The notes under the pieces are model-generated. The model made no database searches. It was not told the DNA's origin and was given only the letters and a program-made list of their open reading frames with translations. A DNA stretch of 64,000 bases, taken from NCBI GenBank assembly GCA_051362555.1, contig CM120641.1:3844001-3908000 (forward strand). The letters run 5' to 3'. Within the stretch, counting starts at the first letter, position 1; each line of letters starts with the position of its first letter. Origin of the DNA: Lingula anatina (taxonomy: Eukaryota > Animalia > Brachiopoda). This document shows, one piece after another, positions 53,720 through 64,000 of this stretch. The position numbers and the translations under genes are program-made.

Positions 53720-55100
53720 CTGCTTTTGCTACTCTTTATTTATTAAAGCTATTTTGTTTTGTCTTTTTGAAAGATTATTTTTAAAGAAGACAACGATATT
53801 TATTAGAAAAGTTTATTCCAGGAAGAATAAATGAACAAATGCGTATAAATTGCGGTAGAGGAGTCTGTAAAATGCGCTGCATTGTGTTTTCATTGACGTG
53901 TGTACCGCTGAAGAATACTACACCAAGAATCGATTTCTTGAAATGGTGACGATGAAAAATTATAAGTAATCGACTTATTTTGTTTTCTCACATTCGGTTT
54001 TAACGCTAACAATGACCCAGAATAGACTATTATGCAATAAGTGTCACAATCAATGATTAATGGTCTTTCGTTCTGAAAATTATGCAGCAAAATGTGTCTC
54101 GTCCAAATGTTGCGTACTACTATGAACTTTCCCATCACCTGGAAATCTTTACTTTAAAACTGTCAAGCCAGCTTACGTGAGATTTCAGCACACCTACATA
54201 TGTTGCATTTCATTATTAGTACGTACCGGTATGGAGATTTCCAAAAAATAATAATTATAATAATAATAATAAAAATAAATAACAAAATAAAATAAACAAA
54301 AATAGAACTAAAGTAGCTTACACAGTACCACCATTTCTATTATTTTTAATTTCTATTTGATTAGTTTTCGCGGGCATTGTCTGTACTTTCGAAGGGTCCA
54401 CTTATAATTGTACTTCGAAGGGTCCATCTTGTTGAACGTGGTCTTGATTAGAAAGTATAAACAGACTGCAACTGTCGCTCTTTTCACCCTTCGATTTAAT
54501 CACAGTTAATCTGAAAATAAAGGGAAAAAACATCAAATAAGGACATCACCACTAAATATTTTACGGCATCCAAAAAAGTTCGTAAATTTACTGCAATCGA
54601 CCGCTATTGCTGAGCCTGCTTATCTGAGCATCTTCAGGTAAAACGTGAATGAGGATCGGTACCTCCATCCCCGACTGCCAAATGTCACCGCATAGCCCGC
54701 GAAATATTGAAATATCGGATTGCAAAAATTTTAATGAATTTGGTCGTGGAGGGGGGTACACAAACTACACCTTAGTGAATCGCACAACTGATAGAATTAT
54801 TATGAATCAATTTAGCGTTGGTGACACTGTTGAAATAGGCTACGTGTTTTGCGTGAATACAATTTTCTCTGGCATTTTTATTGTGAAATGAAATATGGCA
54901 AGACATCTATCTTGCTGTATATGGGCATATATATATATATTGCTGCATATATGCTTACCCTCTTCCAGGACCAGAGATTGTTTTTTCACTACATATTCAC
55001 AGATATTGGTCGTCAATTCATGACATTTTTCTACTGTACTGTCCAGAGAGAATGTGTTAATTTCATCCCTCTGGCCTCTAGTATAGAGAAAGATATATAC

Positions 55101-55323
55101 CTATTTCGCCGGCTGTTGTGCCTGCGCGGCATGTTCCTCCTCTGAAAGTTGCATTTGTAGAATCCTGAAGGACCGGGACTGGACATTGGACGCGGCGTGT
55201 CCTGGGTGGCCTGACACGGGGCCCTCGGTGTGGCGTAACGTGCCCTCAAATTGCGCGCCAGAGTCGTCCACCGTGTCTCCGGCACCACACTGGTAAGCTG
55301 GGTTAGTCAAGTCTATAGCGCCC
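55101..55323 (-). CDS. Gene 3 constant exon 3: GAIDLTNPAYQCGAG...SNVQSRSFRILQMQLSEEEHAAQAQQPAK*
   Basis: gtacttttag| acceptor, phase 2, AM-motif core QSRSFRIL, TAG at 55103-55101. Confidence 0.88.
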
Positions 55324-57154
55324 CTAAAAGTACACCCTTGTGTCAGTACTGAACAGAAATTGTTATATTTCTAAAAAGTGTAGATGCATTCACCTGTTTT
55401 AATTGTTTTAGGCTTCTGCGATAAAAGTTTACTGTGCACATTTCCCTAACAACCACCGTTGTATCATGCTTAATTATCTATTATCTTGACCATGTAATGC
55501 CAAAAGAAAATGTAAATGTTAATGAATATTATGCAATGTTAAAAGTATTCTTTTAACATGTATCCGGGTCTGCAGTAGTTTACCACCAATTTTCGAACTA
55601 TTTATGTTCATTAGATATTTTTTAATGGTGGTAACCGAGGCAAAATATGACAATAGTTTTTATTTTATTAAGAATATATCTTACTTCTGCAGAATAAAGT
55701 CGAGCTCGTTGCCCGCCCTGATCACTTCCATCTTAGCTTGGTTGTGTGAAAGACCGTTGGCTATTGTATTTCCTATACGGAGGACGGCATCGCCGGCAGC
55801 CATGCCATGCTTGGCCGCTATGCTGTTAGGAGTGACCTAAAACACAAAAGAAAGAAAGAAAAATCAGCACCAATGCCAAGTATTAATTATTTCAAAACGA
55901 ACCTATACAAAGGATAATAAAAACTCACATTTAAATACCGAGTGTGCGCGCTCGTGCGGGGTGGGGGGTAGGAGGGGAAGTATAGGTAATTGGATCCTTT
56001 TTTGAAACCTCGTTAACAGTGTTTCCTCATGTAGAGTGCACAGACTGGTCAGGCCTATCCTGGTTTTTCAATAATGTACTTGGGTTATCTGTGTAGAATT
56101 CAAGCAGTGGGCGATTCTGAAGTAATGGTAAATACTAAAGTAAAATTATCTTCAAAATGTAAGGGAGAGTAATGGTTGATTGCTATCCAGTTAGGTGCAC
56201 TCTGAATTTAATCTTGGTCGCTATCTATTTTTATAAATTAATGTAAATATACAATCGGATTGGTTAATTCACCTTTCATTCAAAGAAAATAAAGTCAAAT
56301 ACACAAAAAATCAGGGAAGTTAGGGGTTACTTAGAAAATCAAACAGACCATGAATGTGTGCCTGGTAAAATATCATTTGGGGTTATCTTGTAATGAGTTG
56401 GGCGTTATGTTGGCCGATGTGATTCTATACCTGAGGCACCACTAAAATTTAGGATCCAAAATAGTGTTGGATCCTAGCTAACATCTGATCCTTATACATC
56501 TTGATCAAATGTCTCCTGTAAGTCAATTCACAAATATAGATCCCATTTTAAAATATGGGACCTACATGTACATGTACCAGTAAAATTGGTTTCAAGGGAA
56601 CTATAGCCGTCTTTAGGAGAATCAGCAACACTGTTCAAATCCATCAAAGCACAGAGCAAACAATATGCAGGGAATACAGATTCATTCATTCTGCAACTTT
56701 TAATCAGGTATTTCAGTAAAACTAGTTGCTAGCACAGATCTAATAAGGAAATTAACAGCAGGTCCAGATGCGCAGCAGATGGGAGTACGCTATCTTCTGG
56801 TGTGGCAGTTTAATAACAAAAAAATCTTTTCTCCTCCATGAACAGTGGTCCTAGGCGAGCTATGATTATTTATAACAATTTAAAGAAACGATCTGTTTTA
56901 TTTGAGCAATCGGCCATGTTTTCTTATTATTTTTACTACGATTTTCTTGTCAGAAAAAATACAAGATTTCTTCACATTAAAAAACATTGGATATTCCATA
57001 CAGATGGTATGAAATTTAAACCTGTCTGATTCATAAAATGATAGTTGCATCCAAGTGTTTCACCTTACGGCGAGTATTAAAGACCTGTTACCCTCTGATC
57101 TGAAACCTACACAGAACCTCTGTACTATAACAAGGTACAGAACCCACGCACTGT

Positions 57155-57222
<68 letters not shown>

Positions 57223-60200
57223 ACGATGTTGTCAAACTTCGCAACTTGGGCACAGCAGATAAATAAGTTGATCCTGTTAACGACTTGGGTAGTATAATAA
57301 GTGTGATGTTACCTGCACTAGTGCCATACTATCATCTTCGTTAATTAGTATTGAATACACATGCAAACACGGGGGAGTGGGCCAAATTAATACAAAACCT
57401 GCCTTACACATCGCTTATTCAGTAAAGCAATATACACAAAACCATCTCTGTCTTCCACTAGCAGCTGACAGACCGGCATTAACACATCATTCACTTGGCC
57501 TAGATATTTACGTGGTGAATTCCGGGAAATTCAATTAACGAAGCGACTTCAGCATACCAAGGTGCTATGGATTTCCTTAGACCCCTTGGAGGGGGGAAGT
57601 AAACATTGGGTAATATGTGCACACACCACGTGGATTTAACAACTCAAACATCTGGCAATTAAGATTTCTGCGGGTTACGCATCCTTGTTTTAACAAATAA
57701 ATCCCAAGGCTAACTGCAAAAAAAGATAATAAAAATTTCGGCCACAAATTTCTAGATCTATTTTGCAATTTTTGCGAAAATGTGAAAAAAAAAACACCGG
57801 GATAAATATTCGCCATTCTACAGTGCCATCGGTTTGTTTGTGTACGCGATCCTTTGGTTAATGATGATGCAGTACTCCATCCTTTTAAGGCAACCGGACC
57901 AGGTAGACAGCTACCTGTGGTGTTTCAGATCATCTGGAGGCCAATACCGCGAGCGTAATACTAATAAAACAAGTGCAAATGCCGTTAATCTCTACTCTGG
58001 TATATGGAATATACCCCCGCTTGACTGTCTGAGTGATTGTGAGCGCGTGTGCTTTCCAAACAAAATTACCCTGCCGTAAAACTATTACCATTATAAAAAA
58101 AAACGTAAGGAAGAAATTGAGGGTTGCAGGCCTACTATGAACGCCGTGATTAATTTAATATAATTTGATTACGTGACCAATGATAAACAGATTACGGTTA
58201 ATATAATAGCGTCTTAAAGTTTCCCCGCACATACTCCTAGCTGTGCAAGACAGCTCCCTTCATCACCTTACTTAAGTGGAGCATGGTGCCAGAGCATGTA
58301 CTCCGAAGTGGTAGTTTTTTGTACGTAATAGGAACCGATGTTTACATCACTAATTCACTTAAGCTTCAGTTGTTCACGCTAACTCTCACAGACCACATAT
58401 CACTAGCACTGCGAGTAGCTTCGAATCTAGTTATAATCCACATGATAAAAGGAATTACACATTAAAATGGATTAAACTGTAGGTATATCGGCACATTTGC
58501 TACAGTCAGATTAATAAGTGCATTTCGTTTAGAATAATTGTTTAGAATATCATTCAGGCTCTTTTGCTGTACCGGCATTCGGGCATAGACTTGAGGCACG
58601 TATACAATCCTCGGCCGCATAGCATCCCCTATACACGTTACCTTGGCTAAATAAAGTGGTAATCCAAAGTCTGCACCCCCTTGCAGCGTGAAGCCCCAGG
58701 ACGTACTGGTCTGTTTTCTCCTTAGCCGCACAATATACTGGCCCTCGGCCATTGTTTCTGAGAAATATTACGGGAAACGCACAGACGTTTCCTTGAATCC
58801 CCTGTCCTGGTTGAAACGCGCACAACAGCAGTCGGATGGGCTTAAGCAGTATATTCCTAAGCAGAATCAAATTTCATTCTCCACTGAAATTAGCGATTTG
58901 GGGGGATTCCTTGTATGTCCAGCAGATGGCGATAGTGTGCAGTCACCGAAGAATTATCTACAACAGATGGGATTCACTCAGAGAGATAATAAAGGATGTA
59001 AAAGCGGGATAAAATTGCAATGAAAACTCCATTAGAAAATTTTCTGAGATGTAAATCTCTAATGAAGGTTTGACAAAGGCCATGAATGGATCAAGGATGA
59101 ATGACGTAAGAGAACAGAGAGAATAGTGGCGGGGGATAAAATTAGGAAAATATACCATGAAGGCAAAAAGTAGGTCGATTTATTGAGGGTCAAAAATAAA
59201 TTTGAGAGAAAAGCAAAAAGAGAACGACATCAATATCCATTCAAATAAAGAAAGTTCAGGAAAGCTCAAAAACCTGAATTCCAATATGACTTTTTCCTGC
59301 TATCGATAGAGAGAGACCACTCAAGAAACGGATGAACTTTATGGTTACAGGGACAAATGGCGCTAAGGAAAAATTTGGATTTTCAAAATATTCACTTAAG
59401 TAGTGTTAGCGTTACACGTATTAGAGTAATAATAATGTGGGAATGTTTTATCATTTGTTATTCCCATCTTGTCCATCATTCCATTATCCATTTCTGCGCA
59501 CATCACATTCCGCAGTCAAAGAGTGTATTAGATGCGGCCGTCGATTGGTGTGGTAGTTGGGCGTCGACACAGTCGCAATAATGGCGGATCTAGGATTTTG
59601 CCTGCTAAGGGGGAGGGGTTTAAAACATTCGTCCGAGCTTTTCTCGGCAGATATAATTTAAAGGGGTGATGTGGCACATGTGTTAGTCCCAGCGTGCCTC
59701 TTGGACCCGCCATTGCTATAATTCACTGAAAACTCGTTTTGTAAAAACAAGGTACAATTAGTATATAAAACAAGTATCTTTTAAGTACGTGTACATGTAC
59801 ATTTGTAGGTTGCATAAACTAAACGTGAGATAATTTATGGAAAATGCACAGCAGAATTACCGATCAAAATCACCTGACCACAATAAACGAATGCAAGCTG
59901 CCATCGACCATCTGCTAAAAAAAGAAAATAAAGAAATTATCTGTAGACGTGGCATCTGCCGGTCTAATCAGCAGATCTACATCTTTCATAGCGTGGAAAA
60001 GCGATTACATGGGAAAATATGACAAGGATGAATAATATTAGCCAATGTCTGCTAAGGTGAAAAAAAAATATTTTTTTCATCATTTTGGAGAAAATAAAGA
60101 GACCAATGCATTCTGCTGTTATTAACAGCGATAAGCTAAAGAAAGGAATGAAAGAAAAACGGCATTTTCTTCAACAAAAGCCTAATGATTACAGAAAAGG

Positions 60201-62219
60201 CGGGGGGGGGATAATTAAAATAACGGCTTTCTGGAATGTAGCGCCTGATTGCAATTACCTGGCTCAATAGATCAAACAGTTTGGCATCTGAATTCAACTG
60301 CTTTGTAGGAGAAATATTCAAAACAAATCAAAAACAGAGGACTTAATGAGAAAAAAGAAAGAAAGCATTTACCTGCTTCAAACAGTGCTAACAGAAAGGA
60401 CTGACAGAAGTATGAACTTTGAAGATGGAAGTGTTTGAAGAGAGTTAGGAAAGAAATGTCAGGAAAGATCTGCAGCAGGTTGGGAATGCTATACATAAGC
60501 AAAATATGAAAACTTCATGCAATTAATGAGTCCAAACAAGTAATTACACCATTAAGCAGTACCAATTACATTCTTCGTTGTTAGAACTTATAATAGGTCT
60601 TATTAGCTGAAAGTTAAGGTGCAAATGAGGAGGATAAGTCGTGGGCAAATTATTATCCTTACGTATGGTTTCAAACATCGATCGGACCGTTCAATAAGTC
60701 TCACCTTTTTAATGAAAAACGGCATATTATAGTTTGCCCCTCCCGCCAACTGAAACCCCCACTGCGTCTGATTTAGGTGCCTCCGAAGCTGTACCTTGTA
60801 TACGTCTCCCTGAGTCATGGTTAGTCTCCTGTTTGAAGTTTCTTCATCAACTCCCTGGTGCAAGGAGGCATACGAATATTGCCAACTGGTTCGTTTTTCT
60901 CTTGGCACACACACTGATATCCCAAGATAATAATCCTTGCAGGGGATATAACTATCTCAATATCTATCAAGATATATAACGTTGTTACTGATATTCCGTG
61001 TGCCCGGAAATCGGCCAAGGTTTGCTTATTATGATGAAGCCCAGCTCAGAGCGAAAAGCGATCATGCAATAAGACAGACCTACGCTGAGATGAGCATCTC
61101 TGTTTTCTAGATTTACATGTACAAGTCAGACAAGATCTACAAGCTATTGGTATGCGAAAGATTCAGAAGAAACTTGTGCAAGAATAGTGTACTTTGATAC
61201 GGTAAATCACTTAAAGGTTTTTCAAATATGTCATCGAGTTACAATTGGTTGAATATTTTGGCACGCCCAGTAGCTTGTTAGCGAATACAAGCCCGCTACG
61301 AGGGAACGTGCTGCTCGTGATTACTACATTAACTTTAACTATAACCCCATTCGCATGAACGCAGGGCTCTTGAGTAAAGGTTAAGCAGACGACCTCTCCT
61401 CGAAATGCCGCTGATTCCGAGGAACGTGGGCGAATAAACACAACTTGAAGTTGACATTGCCATAGATCAAACCAAGCTTCAGCGAAGGTGTATTTTTAGA
61501 TACACTTTGAGGTGTTTACACCTGGATTGCAAATAACCAGGGCAGTGGAAATATAGGGACATATAAAATATATTATGGAAGAGAGGCAATCTGGGGAATG
61601 AATGATGAAAAGGTTAGAAAAAAACAAGATAGATGAATCGAAATGTTATGAAGCAAAGGTTATATATATAGTGATGCATACGTGTGGATTGCTGTTATGT
61701 AATTAAATGAATAAACAAGAGTTGCGAGACTCTCTCTCTTCCAAAGAGAGAAAGAGAGAGAGAAAAAGAGGGAAATCTCGACATCCAACTGACACTAACG
61801 TTTTCGATTAGAGTACAAGTTTACAGTTCTGACGAAGCTACTCGTCTTCCAAAAATTAACAAGCACACTGTATTGCTTCTCAGTTACTCAATACAACATT
61901 GATAACTACCCGTTAACCGTCTTCGCTCAGGTAGATACGCACTTTAAAATCGTTAATGTGAATCATCTTCTCATTTTCGAGAAATATCCACCTACAGAAA
62001 TGTACAGACTATTCTAATTAACTCCCGTAAATCTAAACTGTCTGTATCTTTTTCTGAGATATTTTCGGCCCAGCCCTTTTAGTATGGGCAATATGTCTAG
62101 AATAACGCGTACGGAAAGTATGTTGAGTATGAATATATAGGATAAGTCACATTGTATTATTACAGGTAGAATGACATTATCAATTCTTTTTGATCCAGGC
62201 CTCCGTTGTGGTTTGCTCC

Positions 62220-62277
<58 letters not shown>

Positions 62278-62955
62278 CGTTACTTGGATCGCCTTATACA
62301 ACACTCAATCCACCTTGTTTCGAATTAATCGCTGATTCCTTCACTTCCAAAAATGACATGAAAGGGTGGTCGTATAGTGTAAAGATTGGGTATTCGAAAA
62401 CTTACAAGTTTTATACATATTTTACTTCTTTTACATACACCCAGAGAACATCCAAGAGGGGTCCTCAATAATTTATTTCATCACTCTGGATAATGAACTG
62501 GGCCTTACTCCGCCCAACTGAAGGTAGTTAACTGGCGAGGATGAACTTGTTTTCGCACAAATATTTCCGGCGCACAAGAGTTTGAGCCAACGTAAACACG
62601 CCACACCCTTGATATATGTGTCTTCTCAGAGGAACGGAGGATTATATACAGAACAAGTTAAGAACCATTTCCTAACACATGAAATCAACCTGTATATTCC
62701 TGTAAAATCATTCACAGTTTGCAAATGTTTCAAATCCTTTAACAAAAGTAAAATGTTCGTTTGCTGGATAAATGTAGAAAGAGAATATCACGCAAAACGT
62801 AACAGACATACAATAAATTTTTTGCTTACCTTTTGGATGTAAAGTGGTAACCCAAACTCCACTCCCCCTTGCATCCGGAATCCCCAGGGGTGGTGGGTCT
62901 GTTTGCGGCGGAGACGGACCTCTGAAACTCCCGGTGGGTACTGTACATGTGACAT
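55101..62955 (-). CDS. Gene 3: short LIM-less PDZ + AM-motif protein (161-166 aa) with three alternative first coding exons (62830-62955, 60705-60818, 58642-58752) and constant exons 55685-55836, 55101-55323
   Basis: Three PDZ N-terminal exons, each with ATG and phase-0 GT donor; only one PDZ C-terminal exon found downstream; the last exon carries VQSRSFRILQ then TAG. Confidence 0.82.
55685..55836 (-). CDS. Gene 3 constant exon 2: VTPNSIAAKHGMAAGDAVLRIGNTIANGLSHNQAKMEVIRAGNELDFILQK
   Basis: Strong polypyrimidine tract ...ttttgtgttttag|, donor |gtaaga, 152 nt. Confidence 0.95.
57158..57218. repeat. (TA)n microsatellite
   Basis: Directly visible. Confidence 0.95.
58642..58752 (-). CDS. Gene 3 variable exon 1c: MAEGQYIVRLRRKQTSTSWGFTLQGGADFGLPLYLAK
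   Basis: acaATGg at 58752, 111 nt, AAG|gtaacg donor, phase 0. Confidence 0.93.
59580..59714. mobile_element. Small MITE-like element with imperfect AATGGCGGATC TIRs
   Basis: aatggcggatctagga ... tcttggacccgccatt. Confidence 0.5.
60705..60818 (-). CDS. Gene 3 variable exon 1b: MTQGDVYKVQLRRHLNQTQWGFQLAGGANYNMPFFIKK
   Basis: accATG at 60818, 114 nt, AAG|gtgaga donor, phase 0. Confidence 0.9.
62222..62275. repeat. (TA)n microsatellite
   Basis: Directly visible. Confidence 0.95.
62830..62955 (-). CDS. Gene 3 variable exon 1a: MSHVQYPPGVSEVRLRRKQTHHPWGFRMQGGVEFGLPLYIQK
   Basis: gccATG at 62955, 126 nt, AAG|gtaagc donor, phase 0. This frame is absent from the ORF track. Confidence 0.92.
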
Positions 62956-64000
62956 GGCGACTAAAAAACCACTTTCTTCTGGTTACGAATACCAAATTGA
63001 AAATACTTTGTTCCTAGATGTTCAGTAGAGTTATTTGAATCCTCCTAGCTTGAAGAGCCGGAGACGGAGAGGAATTTAACAATCTTCTCAAAGTTGATGC
63101 CCTCTGAAATGTAGGCTATGCACCTCTTGGTTCTCAGCACAAAGACGAAGACTCCGTATTAAATGCCGGGAGAGATCAGGCACCTTTACCTGGATTAAAG
63201 ATAATTTAAAAGCTGCGATCACCCGTCTTTTCCTATTTCAGCTCAGGTCAGCTAAAGTAACATTTAACAGCGGAGTGAAACAAAAATTTACGAAAGTGAC
63301 GAAGGTACTTGGAGCAGAAAGAACATGTGTTGGTCGAAACTTAAATGCCAACTTTTGTAAATGTTTACTATATGTGATTAAAAGCAGCAATGACATATAA
63401 TTGAGTTGGAGGCCGCAAAATGCACCAACCACAGTAAACCAGTAAGTAACGCTTCATATCCGACCTGAATAAAACGGCTATACTTCAAATATCACAAGTA
63501 AACAACCGAAATCAGTTTTGCCAATTATTTTCATTTACGTCTTGTGTATTATTTTATGTATTTCGTTTGTTATCAGGTATTTTTCCATTAATTGTTAGAA
63601 ACAAGATAAATTGAGTAAGTCAGAAGGTGATAGAAAACAGAATATGGCTCTACCTGTACAAGTCCGCTTCTATCCACAGCTTCTCTCCGAAGACTTCTTA
63701 TTAGTTTCCGAAAATTAAATCAGATCGGCGCATGGGTGGAAAGTCTTTTGGCAAAGAGTTTGAAAATGTTAGCTATCGCAAGCAGGTGAACGGAGAAGAG
63801 GAACTGTTATTAGTCACTTGGAATGAGTTAGACCTCGTTATCCCGCTGATGAATGTTCGGGAAAAATAAATTAACCACCGGGAAGGATTCAGGAGAATTT
63901 TCTAGTGATTTTCTAGCTTGTTTTTTGTGACTAGTATGGTCAAGGAACTTTGCAAAACAGATTCTAAAGAGCCCCATTCGGTAAACTTAGATTTTGTTTA

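Noticed and set aside
59860-59935. Strong minus-strand acceptor followed by MVDGSLHSFIVVR, tested as exon 2 for 1b
   Set aside because: Stops within about 14 codons with no PDZ similarity; at most a non-coding or poison exon.
61211-61441. ORF between variable exons 1a and 1b, tested as a separate PDZ exon 2
   Set aside because: Lacks GD/H spacing of PDZ exon 2, the 152-nt length and suitable splice sites.

Overview
AT-rich, intron-rich invertebrate (probably lophotrochozoan; taxon is an inference) genomic DNA containing a cluster of three PDZ-domain genes of the ALP/Enigma (Zasp/PDLIM) family, assembled by hand from GT-AG splice sites with consistent phases. Gene 1 (minus, ATG 22946, runs off the left edge) is Enigma/Zasp-like: PDZ, two ZM/AM modules, Pro-rich linker, LIM. 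Gene 2 (plus, 24473-51530, 481 aa) lies head-to-head with gene 1 and is ALP/PDLIM1-4-like: PDZ, ZM, AM, one LIM. Gene 3 (minus, converging on gene 2) is a short LIM-less PDZ+AM protein. Its most striking feature is three tandem paralogous ATG-bearing first exons (62830-62955, 60705-60818, 58642-58752), spaced about 2.1 kb apart. Each encodes a different version of the PDZ carboxylate-binding loop and betaB/betaC strands, and each can splice in phase 0 to one shared constant exon 2. The window also holds a very young non-autonomous Gypsy-type LTR element, two inverted Helentron/DINE-like elements flanking the bidirectional promoter, several MITEs, and mini/microsatellites.
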